Numbered from the stretch's first letter, positions 24,361-37,700 are shown. The stretch: 64,000 bases of DNA from Paragordius varius (GCA_964247055.1 OZ176051.1:12462001-12526000); one strand, 5' to 3'. A program made the numbers and translations. The notes: generated from the sequence alone by a model not told the origin.

Positions 24361-25885
24361 TGCATTTTAATGGTTGATTACTTCTCATTATAGTTGGGCA
24401 ATTACAACAGTAGTGTATGGAAAAAACAACAAAATGTTGAATAATAAATATTTATTTCCTTTTTTTTATATACGCTCTCTAATGTTGCATATTGCCCTAC
24501 TATAGTGTGAATAAGCAAATATTAAAACGCATACTGTAAAGTGTTATATATAATTATGTTTGTCACATAAACCAAGAAAACATTAAATATAAAATTCGCT
24601 TCCAAATTGTAGGTACAAAGTTTATAGGAGCAAAAAAAGCTTAAAAAAGTTTAAGAAAGTTTAAAAGTACTATAATTGTTCATATATATACCAATTTTTA
24701 CACTTTTTAGGTGTGTCTTTATAAAAATAAATTTCAATTCTTTTGTACTGTCAACCTACCTCCTCAATCTTAGCATGATCTTGAATGACTTTAATGTATT
24801 CGGCCGGATCATATCCATTCCATCGATCACGTTTCCCATCAAAATCGGTCTCTAAGCCCGGGGCAATTATAATTTCGTCAGGGGCCATATCTGCATGTGA
24901 ATACTTTGCACCAATCTTACGTGGGCGCTATATTTGGTTTGGATTGGATTTTTGAAAAAAAGAAGAGGTTATTAAATGTCATTTTTTGGGGCAAATTAGG
25001 TTATGATTATACAAAGCACAAAAAAACGATATTTTATTGATTTAAAATGAAGAATATTGATATATTTTTTAAAAAAACGTTTCTCCTCTAGTTTAAAATA
25101 AACAAAAGAAATTAGTTACCGCATTATTTAAAAGACAAATAATTTTGTAATTAATTCGATTTTATAACTACATTGTCAATATTTGAATTATAAATTTCCA
25201 CAAATATACTCTATATATCGCATGTAATGAGTAACCATTGTTAAAAAACGAAAAAAATTAAAATGCTTTCAGTTAACAAAGATTATTTTTTTGCTAAAAT
25301 TACCTCAACACAATCTTTTCGTTTATGAGTTATGGATCCACAATTTTCACAGGCCCCTTTACGAAATTTTTTAGGTCTCTCCTAAAAAAATAATTGCATT
25401 TATAAAAAATACAGGCTTAGGAAATCGTAATTATCTTATGATTAATCAACTTAATTTATTATAAAAATTAACAATATTTATATAAAACTTACCGCTACTA
25501 GACCTCTCTCATACCATTTATCTAATTTGTGAAAAGTTTTTAAATGTTCAGTCTGTTCTCTTTGATGTTTCAAAGTTGGGGTCACCGAATTAAAATACCA
25601 AGGTGCTTGTGATATGTACTGGGGTATGTGAGGATTAATGTCTCTAAAAATTATAATAAAGTATTAAGTTATTGAACATAAAATATTTAATTTTTAATAA
25701 TTATAAATAGTTAAGTCGACATACTTTCCTTCTTCGTCAACTTGGGCTGGAATATTTCCAAGCTTTCTGGCTTCTTCCAATTCTTTTAATTTTTTCCATT
25801 CTTCTCTTGTTTTTCTGGAGTTTGATTCATCAATTGAATCCGCACGAATCAAATATGAAACTGGTAAACTAGGGATGAAAGACAT
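18866..25885 (-). CDS. SLU7: Pre-mRNA splicing factor SLU7, about 512 aa
   Basis: 12 exons: 25725-25885, 25493-25643, 25304-25381, 24760-24927, 23386-23488, 22184-22380, 21460-21557, 21096-21163, 20405-20601, 19708-19812, 19054-19161, 18866-18970 (total 1539 nt, in frame). Motifs [10 protein letters not shown], zinc knuckle [48 protein letters not shown]. Confidence 0.96.
21841..22229 (-). repeat. Tandem duplication (about 165-bp unit, two full copies plus a remnant) of the SLU7 exon 6 3' end and adjacent intron
   Basis: 22021-22060 repeats the [13 protein letters not shown] codons and is followed by a copy of the intron start. A third VRNLRI remnant lies at 21841-21858. Confidence 0.85.
22612..23083. 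mobile_element. TA-flanked MITE (family C, CCATTTGCAC termini), degenerate right end
   Basis: Left end CCATTTGCACTTCAAGAGTGTCCTT is identical to the 28131 copy; the right end has aacttgaagtgttcaagg repeats. Confidence 0.7.
23532..23777. mobile_element. TA-flanked MITE (family A)
   Basis: TATA|CCATTTACAATTCAAATT...AATTTTAACTGTAAATGG|TATA. Confidence 0.85.
24356..24536. mobile_element. TA-flanked MITE (family B, CAGTATGCATTTTAA termini) next to a (TA)n tract
   Basis: Similar along its length to 28785-28973 and 42650-42836; TIR AGTATGCATTTTAA / TTAAAACGCATACTG. Confidence 0.8.
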
Positions 25886-25963
25886 TTATGATAGTACTAG
25901 CCTTATTATCACCAAATAAGCATACATTCACACAAAAAAATATTTAAAATAATCACGCTTTTG
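25886..25963. promoter_or_regulatory. 78-bp head-to-head spacer between SLU7 and NUP214 (putative bidirectional promoter)
   Basis: SLU7 ATG at 25885 (-) and NUP214 ATG at 25964 (+). Contains TACATTCAC and CACGCTTTT, which also occur upstream of PSMB3. Confidence 0.7.
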
Positions 25964-27696
25964 ATGGAAAATTTGGAAGTTAGATTTTCTGAGGTAATTT
26001 AAGCAAATTAGTCATATTTAGAATTTAATATTCAAACAATTAGCTTTGACAAAAGTCAAAAAGTTGACAAATAAAAAATCAAATCATGGTATAGTAGTTT
26101 GCAATAAATACGGTTATGTCTTTATACTTACCATAAATGGTTAACTAAATGAATTTACTATGATAGGTTTTAATGTATACAAAACTCAAGACCTTATTAT
26201 TATGCAACCATTATTTCCAAAAAATCTGAATGATGCCAAATATATTAATGTACCTTTTTCATATGGAGTAGAGGATCCCGTTTCAATTAGCTTAAACAGT
26301 ACAGAAGAGTTTTTAACGATCATTTTTGACAAAACCGTTGTTATTTATAGTCTGGCTGATATCAATCATACAGTTTTGTCCGCTTTTGATTCAGAGGTAA
26401 TACAATTATAATTGTAGATCACGAACTCAGACATAAATCCCATTTACTACGGTAACAATTTTATTGACGATCATAATGAAACAATTAAGGATTTTGGCTG
26501 GAACACCTCTCTAACTGATTATTCAGATACTCTTTACTTAATTACTTCTCAGCAACGGCTTTATGCAATGCATTTTGCGTCACTTAACATAAATTCTAAG
26601 TTAAAACTAAATTCTACTCATTATCGGATCGAAAATTTAGTGTTGGGAGGTTTATTTCTATTATCTATTAATTTGTTATTAGATATAAGGCTCGTTTCAC
26701 ATCTTTCTAATATTTTGGCGTTTTGAATTTTCAAATTAGATATCTTTACAGTAATAAATTTTAGAGACTGCCGCTTATTTGGCACATGTTTTAAGCCATT
26801 TTTTGAAAGCGGACATAATGGTTTTGGTTTCAAATATAAATTTTGCTTAAAAATGTATCTAATTTCTTATTTATAATAATTTATTTATATTATAAATATT
26901 TTGATACTATGGGAGTTAAAACCACAAAGCAAAATATACATATATTGATTCCAAAAATTTTTTTAATAAAATAAGGTTAAGAAAATTAATAATAATTAAA
27001 AACGACCACAATCAACCATTTTTGGAGACCGTGGTTCCGATATATTTTACGACAATTCTTTTAAGGTTTTTAGTTTAATATATGACCTTTTTTACAAATT
27101 TTTTAATATACCAGTTACAGTTCAAGTTCACCCTAAACAATTCAAATAAAAGAAATTGTGTTTTTTGAGATAAAAAATTACCTATATTTTTTTATATTTT
27201 AAAAAAAGGAAATCACGTTTTAAATTAATTTAATACTGAAAAAATAATAAACCAAGCCATAAAATATATTTCATATTTATGATTATTTATATTAGCCTGA
27301 AAATACATAATTTATTGTTCAAGGGTGAATATGAATTGTTCAAGGGTGAATTTGAATTGTTTAAGGGTGATTTGAAATGTTCAAGGGTGAAATCGAATTG
27401 TTCAAAGGTGAATTTGAATTGTTTAAAGGGGAATTTAACTTGTTCAAAGGTGTATTTATATTGTTTAAGGGTGAATTTGAATTGTGCAAGGGTGAATTTA
27501 AATTATTCAAGGGTGAAATCGAATTGTTTAAGGGCGAATTTGAATTATTCAAGGGTGAAATCATTGTTTAAGGGTGAATTTGAATTATTCAAGGGTGAAA
27601 TCGAATTGTTCAAAGGTGAATTTGAATTGTTTAAGGGTGAATTTGAATTGTAAATGGTGAAATCGAATTTTTCAAGGATGAATTTGAATTGTAAAT

Positions 27697-27744
<48 letters not shown>

Positions 27745-28718
27745 CTTGTTGGAGTCCTAAAGGCAAACAATTGTTAACCCTAAGCGCCAATTCCTCTCCA
27801 AATGGGATTCAATTAACTCAGCACAAATTACAAATGGACCCTTATAAAAGTTTATAATTTTTTATCAACAAATGTATAGAATAGTGGCTACAACACTATA
27901 TAAATTTTATAATTGTACTTCATATCCATACCCAAAAATAGTTATACTTATCGAATGTTTATTATTTTTTATCCGACATTCACTATCAGCATTCGAACCT
28001 TTTATTAAATACTAATTTTAAAATATACTCTTCTTTAATAATAATTGATGTTCTTTTATTAATTTAAGCAAAGTTTAAACACGTTACCATTATTTTTTAG
28101 TGATATTAATGTTATATATGTATGTATATACCATTTGCACTTCAAGAGTGTCCTTGAATTCTTCAAGTTGGTCCTTGAACAGTTCAAGTTGGTCCTTGAA
28201 GAATTCAAGTTGGTCCTTTGACTTTTTTGTTTTGCTTTTAACTTTTATCAATCAAATCGAGAATAATTCATCTATTTTATTGGTTTTAACCTATTTTCTA
28301 TTATTTAACATAAATTTAAAATTGATATCAACTTTTAATTTTTGAGAAACCGTATATCTTTATTAATTTATTAAAATAATTTTGGATATTTATATGATTT
28401 TAACACGAAATGAAAAAATATATGTTTTATTGGTTATTAATTTAAATTTTTCATTATAAACATTTAAAAGTTAATAATTTTGTTTAATTGAAAAAAAATA
28501 GTTAAAAAAAGTGTTTTTCAATAAAAAATTCTATTTTTAAATGAATAAACACATAATAAATAAAGAAAATTATAATAAATAAAATGAAAAAAAAATACAA
28601 AAATTATGGTTAAATCAAAATTTATAAATTTTAAGGACCAACTTGAAATGTTCAAGGACCAACTTGAAATGTTCAAGGATTAACTTGAAGTGTTCAAGGA
28701 CACTCGTGAAGTGCAAAT

Positions 28719-28789
<71 letters not shown>

Positions 28790-31700
28790 TGTATTTTAAT
28801 TTTTGCTAACACATTATAGTATGGTAATTTGCAGCACAACAGTAGTGTATGCAAAAAACAACAAAATGTTGCATAAACCATTATTTCCTTTCTTTTCTTT
28901 TTTCCATACACTCATGTGTTGCAAATTGCCCCCTACTATAGTGTGAAAAAAACAACCAATAAAATGCATAATGTATATTTACATTTTTGAATTAACTGTA
29001 AGGTTATTTTATATTTTGATAAATTGTGCGATTTTGAAGTTGTCTTTGTTTACGTCCTCCTAAAAATTGACATTCGAAAAGTTAATTAAAATGGTTTTTT
29101 TGTCACTAAAATAAAAAAAATAAAATAAAAAGTGCGTCGAAATCGCGCGAAAAACGCTTCTATTTGAAAACATACCCATAATTTATTTTAGGGTGAATTT
29201 GAGGTCTTTATCGTATATTTAATCTCTATTTTATTGTTTAAAAATTCAATGTTAAAGAATGGATTTAATATGTTTTAAAACATAAAAGTTAACTTAAAAT
29301 GTTCCAAGTAAATTCGAAAGAGTTTGCCTAACAAAAAAATTTTTAAGGTGACTGCAAAGTTTAAATAAATGGTTTAATATTCTATTTAAATTTAGATATG
29401 AATATAACTTTGAACCCCGTAAAATCTCACACATTACCATGGAATAATTCTGATTTATCTGCTATAAGCCGGTGTTTACAAATCTTATGGTATAGCAATA
29501 CTCAGGTCCTGGCCTGTCTCCAATTCGATAACAAGGAAATTGCTTTTTGTGATATTTATTTGGATGTATGATGGATTGATTCATTTTTTTTAATATATAT
29601 AAATTATTTCAATACTATATATATATATATATAAAGTATTAATTTTTCCCCATAAATTGAACAATTTAACACTTTAATCGGGATTAAAAGGCATTTTTAA
29701 TTTGTTAATAAATTTCATAGTTTTTATAATATATATATGAACGTTACCTATGAAATGAATTAAAAAGCATAAAACATATTTGGATCACTTCCTTAAGTTG
29801 ATAAAACATGAATTAACATTTGCAACATATGACTTTTTCTTATATACCATTTTTCATGCAAAAACAACAATTTTTTAAAATAAAAAAGATTTTTTTCTAT
29901 TTATGACAATTAATTCATTTATTTTTAAGTTAATATAATAAAATTTTAGCGTTGAATTATGATTTTTATTGTTTATCATCAATGTTTAATGGTATATTGA
30001 TTGATTTTCAAATATTTTAAATTTGCCCACAAATTGCATTATTTATTTATATTAATTATTTTTTCTTTCACAACTTTAGTCTTATTACCGAATCAATCTA
30101 TAAAATTTACGCTTCAAGACTGTCTTTGGAAGTTTATAATTGTTCTTATATAAAGTTGATCCTTACATTTTTTGCAGTTTGCATACAACCGTTATTTTTG
30201 TATGTACTATCTATTTTTTTAAATTTACTTGAAGTGCAAATTTTATAGATTGATTAGATGAAACTAAAGTTGTAAAAGAAAAAATAATAATTAATATTAA
30301 TAAATAAATAGTGCAATTTATGGGCAAAATTAAAATGTTTGAAAATCAATTAATTTACCATCAAAATTTGATGATAAAACTTTAAAAAACATATTCCGCG
30401 CTAAAAAATTTTTTTATTTTAAAAATGTTTGATTGAAAAAATTATCAACTTGGTTGAAAAAATGTTGCATGTGCAAAAATGGTATTTATATAAATAATTT
30501 TTAATTAACACTCATTTTTTTAATTCTATTTGGTAAATATGATAAATATTATTGAAATCTATACTTTATTACTAATGGCCCATTATGAGGTTTCTATAAA
30601 ACCCACAAACTACAAAGTTTTATAGGAGTAAGGTATTCTCAACTTTTAACGTATATTTTAAAAACAAAAAAAACGCAAAAGATAATTACAATTTAACTAT
30701 GTTTAGGATATTTATAATATATTTTTGTGGATATATCGATATCTTTTACTCGTTTTGCTAGAAAAATGAAACGCAAAGTTGGATTAAAATATATACGGAT
30801 ATATTTTTTGAATCACCACCCACTGTTGTTAATAATGATATAGAAGAAACTAATATATTATCACATTTTAATACCAAAGAAGTATGGATTCAATACCTAC
30901 CCTGTCCTACCACTAATTATTTCGAGAATAATAATAATGACAAAAACTCTGATAATCCTGTTGATAGCTTTGAGAATTATATTTTCATAGCTTGTAGCAA
31001 TTATGATCCCTATGTTATGGTTTTATCAAGGTTAAATGACTTACAGGTGTGTAATGTTTTTTTAAATTTAAACGCATTTTTTTATTTTAGTACGATAGTT
31101 TTTGAAGAGTTTTTGTGAAAAAAGGTTTAAAATTGAAATTAAAGACATAACTATACTTTTTTTCCATTGATTACTTTTTTTTGATTATAACACATTATTT
31201 CAAACTTCCGAAGCAAAATCTGATACAGATATGTAAATTGGTAACACAATTATACATATATGTTATATCAAATAGGAAATATTAACGTTAGTTAGAGAAA
31301 GTATGGTTTTTATCATTTATATAAAAAAATGCTTTTCAGTATATATATGTATGTATAATCTAAATAAAATTTTTATTTTATGTTATAGAAAACGTTAGTA
31401 GTTTTAGAACTAGAGGATACTTACCGTGCAAAATTAGAACTGGTAACTATTGATGATGACATCAATAGCGATAATATAAATTCCGATTCTGCAGGCGTAT
31501 CTGAAATTGAATCTTTTCCCATTAGTATGGCAATGGATTATAGTCATGGCTCTTTAGCTGTCCTGTTTCGTACGTGCATTTTATTTTATAAAAAGTTGGA
31601 AAAAAAACGATTAAAAATAAAGCTTATCGGAAGTTTGTGTGGTTTTTAGTTTTTTTAATTCTTATTACAGTAAAAATTGAAATTATACGGGTAAATCGTA

Positions 31701-34700
31701 AAAATATAAAGACAACCATACTTTTTTTCAAAAGATTACCATACTTTTTCAAACCCTCGTTTATCATAATAAAAACATTTAATAACAATCGTAAAATATG
31801 GATAATTGATTATATTACCATATGCATCTCTATTCTAAAATTTGGAGTTTAAAACAATGTGTTATATTTAAAAAAAAATCAAAATAGCCACCAAAAACAT
31901 TTTTGATAAAAAAATACAGTTTTGATTATCGCAAAAACCTTTTAAATTATATTTTATTTTAATGGTTTTTAATCCACAATTTTTTAATACAATAATGCTT
32001 TATTCTAAAAATTATTGTTTCAAAAAGTATTTAAAATATTGTTTATATATTAAGTCAAAAATTTCATTCTTCTTATTAAAATATACTGTTTAAAACAAGG
32101 TAATTATTAACATAAAATAAAAAATTTCTTGAAACTATTAGATATATCCTCGGTTTTGTTATTGTATAGCCAACTCAAATTTTTTGGTTTTTTATTTAAA
32201 AAAACCAATAAAATTTACATTATTTTATGTTTTTTTATTTTCTTTGAATCAATAATTTCCAAATTTTTATTCTCTATTTGTTTAAAAATTATTATAGCTC
32301 GTAACGTAAGATATGATCCTAGTCCTATCCTTTACCTTATATCAGATGCTGGATATATAGCGCCATTTAGCATAATTTTCCCCACCAAAACTAATAACCC
32401 CGACAATAAAACTATTTCAAGAGTGGTTGAAAATAATTCAACATTTTTATTGACTACCATGGAACAAATTCAAAATAATCGAACTCAATTACTTAGTCAA
32501 TACAATAAATATAAACATATTTTACCCAAAAACGAAGAAATGAAAAATATGGAAAAACGTCTGGAAATAAAAGACAACACGCTTAATAATAATCATAATA
32601 ATAAAATTTTACAAACCAACCAGACTTCTTTAACTACCGGTAATTAATTTTACATTTTATGCGCTAAAAATTTATTATTTATAAAGACTAAACGTAAAAA
32701 TATAAGGTTTAGACGTGATGTTATTCATTTAACTATATCGTTTTAATTAATTAGAAATAAAGAATTTTAATTGTAATTATATATTAATATGGTTTTTTCT
32801 CTATTATAAAATATTTTTGTCGTTTTATATCTAGTTATTGAATTATTAGTTAGTTTTAATATATACCATTTACAGTTCAGATTGACCCTCGAAAAATTCA
32901 AATTCATTTTCAATACCCTAAAAATAAATTATGTGTTTGCGAACTAATATAACTCATTAATATAAAATATATCTTTATGGCATAGTTTATTATTTTTAGA
33001 GTATTATATTAATTTAAACAAAATTTTACTTTTTAAAAATATACAAAAATATAGATACTTTTTAATCTTAAAAAACACATAAATTTGAGGGTGAATTTGA
33101 ATTGTTCAAGGGTAAATATGAATTGTTCAAGGGCGAATTTGAATTATAAATGGTATATACACATTTAGTATACATAAATAAACATTTTAATATTTTTATA
33201 AAATTTACACATTACATATTTTAACAGAAAAAGCTTGTGGAGACAATAGCAATGCAAATACAAAGGATTTTCATAATAATGAAAAACAACTAATTACGAA
33301 ATTTATAAACTCAAAATTGAATGACAATTTAGATTCAACTATAATAAAGGATACCGCTATTTTGGGTTAGAATACTTATATGTTAAAAATAAACCTTTAA
33401 ATATAAAAGACTAATTTTTTATCTAAGATTTATTATTTTATATGAAATGAAGATTTGTAATCAAAGGTCCACAAAAAACTAAAAATATATATATGGGGGC
33501 ATATGTATTATTTGAATTAAATATCAAACATAAGATAACCATATTCTTGATAGAATTATTCGGAAAATTTATTTTAGAAATATTATCGATTTTCCTAAAA
33601 TTTTGATTTTCAATTGCCGCGAAGAGCTAATGATTTACAATGTTAATGTTATGTATGATAAAGGAAATATTACGTTTTTTAGTTTTGTCTTTTATGTTAT
33701 ATATATTTTCAATTTTTTATACTACCATTTACAGTTAAAATTCACTCCTTGAACAATTCAAGTTTACCCTAAAATAAATTATGTGTTTTTTGAGATAAGA
33801 ATTACCTGTATTTTTTTCTATTTTAATTTTGTTTAAAATTAATACTGAAAAATAATAAGCTAAGCCATAAAGATATATTTCATATTAATGATGAGTTATA
33901 TTAGTTCAAGAACACATAATTGTTATTTGGAGTGAATTTGAATTGTTTGAGGGTGAATTAGAAATGTTCAGGCGTAAATTTAAATTGTAAATGGTATATA
34001 TATCACAGTTAATAATATATATTTTATAAAAATATATATTTTTTTGCTTTAGATTTTATGAATGAATTTGGCAATCAAATCCAAGAATTTAAGTTAAAAT
34101 CCAAATCAAAAGTAGACGAAAAATTAGAAAATGATACAACTCTAAAAAAGTCAATAATACTTAAAGGTTGGCCAGCTAAAATGCATCATATAATTGAAGA
34201 TACTAATAAGTTTGCCAGGATTTTACTTAATCTCAAATCAAGTATTAAAGTAATTATGTTTTTTGTTTTAATATACTTTGTAATTTTTCCAAAAAATTAC
34301 TAATTACATTATCTGTTTGAAAATACTAAAAAAAAGTACATTTAACATACTCAAAAACGGAAAACAAGTTATTGTATCGTCCGAATATTTTTAGCACATA
34401 TTTTGAGTGATTGTAGGACTTTTTTAGTGATTTCACATTATATTTGGCAAATTTAGTTTAATATCGCTAAAATCAACATATGGAAAATAATTTTTATAGT
34501 TATAAAAATTTACAAATGCAATCAAATCTAAAGTTTTAAGTTTTATTCATTTTTTACATACACCTTGCTTGAATTATTTTATAATTTTCACAATACATGT
34601 TAGAATAAAAACCAAATTTATTTTTTTTCCATACTTTGTGTCTTATTTTTCGATTGTAGACCATATCCCAAAGGATTGAAAATAGAGCTACCCTACCTTT

Positions 34701-37700
34701 GTTAGATACTCTTTCCATTTTAAGTGATATGGAACATGAATTAACATTATTACAAAAAGTACAACATCAACAGCCATCAAAACTTTCATCATCTAAAATT
34801 ATTGCAGATAAAAAACAATTTTCAATTTCAACTCCTAACAATGTTTTATATAACAAAAAACATTCAATTATTAATCAACAAGCCAAGACATTTGGATTGA
34901 ATAATAGGCAAGATTATTGGAAGACATATGTGGAAAGTATGTTAGTATACAATAGAAAGTGAAATTATTTTACAAAGATTGCCATATATTTTTAAAAAAT
35001 GAAAATTATAATACTTTTTTTAATAAAAAACTTTGATTTTTCCCACATGAACTAAATTATTTTACAATTCGCAAGTGTAAAATTTAATTTACCAATTTAT
35101 ATTATACTTCACTATTTAGCCACCTTTATAAACGATGATTTATATATAAAAATATGGTTGGTTTATTTTATATTTTACATTTTTGTTTTATAATAATAAT
35201 TTTAAAATTTTAAAAAAAATATCCACACTATGAGTAAGTATATATATTGATAAAAAAGGTATTAATTATTGCCATGAAATAGCATATGCAACAAAGCGAA
35301 TTATTATTGCCTAATAATAAGAGTAAAAAAGGAAAAAAATATAAATATAATAAGCCAATAATACTGCCCTTTATTGTATATATATACTATTTGGCAGGCA
35401 CAATAATTAATAACTTTTTAGTAATGTATACTTATTCTGTATGTATTTATTTCATGCACATACCTACCCTTGTAGAATATTTTGATCGAATCAAAACTCT
35501 TAAACAAGAAATTTTACATGTGCGAAAATTGATTGAAGATAACATTCAAACCTACGAGACGGATGAGTCTGACATGCAAACCTCTAAAAATACGGCTCAA
35601 AAGTTTAAAAATTTTACCTAAAACTAAAAATATAACTCCTTAAAAATTATATCTAATTAATTAAAAAATAATTTAGACATTTACGATTAATTATCTGTTT
35701 TTCAAGTAGTTTGATGTTTCCTTTCGCATTTTTTTACTATATATTGTCAATACAATGATAAAACGTTTTCAAATAGTAACTTAATTGCAAATTAGGGAAA
35801 AAACGAAAAATTTGTAAATCAGATTTTATTTGGCTTGAGAAAAAACGCGAAAATTATTTTTTATAAGGATAGCCATATTTAAATCATTGATTTTTACTAT
35901 AAAACAAATTTTATTTAGGTTAATTATATAATTTTTTTATAAATATTAGAATAAAGAAAAAACAACTGAAATTTTATTATATTTCCCATGAACCAAATGC
36001 CAAATAATTTATTAAAGAAAAAAAACAAATCACTTAGATATATATATATATATATATATATATATTGAATTAGGACAGATAATTTTTTAATCGATGGTTT
36101 TTTGCATAAAATCGGTTGTATCCATTTGAATCCCACAACGTTTAATAAATTTTATTATAAAAATTAAAGTTACTACTATGTAGTTCTCCCTTTATCAAAT
36201 ATTTGTTTTTTACGATTTTAATATAATTTTTTAAACTTTTTATTTATTATTTAGTTTTCAGTATGCATTCACTATACTACGGAATCAAGCTCAATTAATA
36301 CGTCATCTCATGGCTGAAATAACCAAATTAGAACTTATACACAAAGAAAACCCTACCCTATTTTCACGCCTCCGATCGAATGAATTGCAAAATAGTGGTT
36401 AATATAAATTATTTTATTTGAAAAGAAGTAATTTATTTTACACAGTTTTTTGAATAGTTTGATATGTTTTATTACAGTAAAAAAGAAACTTATACGGACA
36501 TGACGTAAAAATAAAGTTATATTTTTATAAACACCCATTCTTTTTAATTAAAATATAAATATTGTTTAAAATTGCATAGCATATGAAATAGACATTTATA
36601 TTGGTAATACAATCTATAAAATACATTTTTGTTTGAATAGTTTATCAAAAATATGGTTGCATTATGGAAAAAAATATGTGTTTTTATATTTTTACGTTTT
36701 GTCCGTAAAAATTTAATTTTTACTGTACAGATTCAATAAAATTGCCACCAACTCTATTGGATGACAAAAAATCATTGCAAATCGCTCAAAAACTATTGCT
36801 TGACCCAATATCTACAATGGTTTATCATACCTTTGAGGTTAAAAATAAAATGACATATTTTTGAATGATTTAAAAAGAATTTGGGAATATGGATTATTAT
36901 CCGCATTTCTAATTTTCAAAAATATTTCTATAAAATTTAAATTTTTGGTTTATGACTTCACTGTAGATATAATAGCAGGCATAATTAGAATGTAATTTTA
37001 TCTTTTTAGTTCTGAAGGTTTAAACTTAAAAGAGCTTTATTAAATAGGCGGAAAAGTTCATTTGAAAGAAAAAAAACTTGATTGTAAATTTTTCCGTGTG
37101 CAATATATATGTGATTACAGAACTTGAAATTATACGGACAAAAGGTAAAAATATACAGAAAGATATTTATTTAAAAAGACAACCATACTTTTTAAATCTT
37201 GTTTTTAGTAATATAATAACTAATTGTTAACAACAAATTATGAAATAGAGATCTATATTGGTAACACACTCAATTATATATTTTTTAAATGTAAATAAAT
37301 CAATTATATGAGAAAAATTTAAAAAAGTATGGTTCTTTTTTAGAAAAAAATATTTGTCTTTATATTTTTACGTTTTGTCCGTATAATTTCAGTTTTTACT
37401 GTATTTTAAAAATAATTTCTTATATATATATATATATTAATTATGAAAAATTTCATTTTTTTTGTTAACGGCACCAATCTTAGAGCAATCAGAATAATCT
37501 TCCTATCATACAAAACATTGATTTTACCCATTCAACCCATTATCCCCATGATGATAATATTGATGGTTTAATTCAGAAATCTATCATGCATGAAAATCAA
37601 AGCTTTAATTATAATTTTTACAATCAAAATGGTATTATTGATAAACCAAAGCTACTGTCAAATAATCTTAACAAGGTAGTAAATATTGATAGTTCTATGA

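Noticed and set aside
27317-27690. Regular short repeats that could suggest a CRISPR array
   Set aside because: The units are head-to-tail with no unique spacers, the context is eukaryotic and there are no cas genes.
27279-27857. ORF-track peptides with KGEFELF / NSNSPLN repeats
   Set aside because: They are translations of the 21-bp MITE subterminal array (21 is divisible by 3), open on both strands, and lie inside a NUP214 intron.
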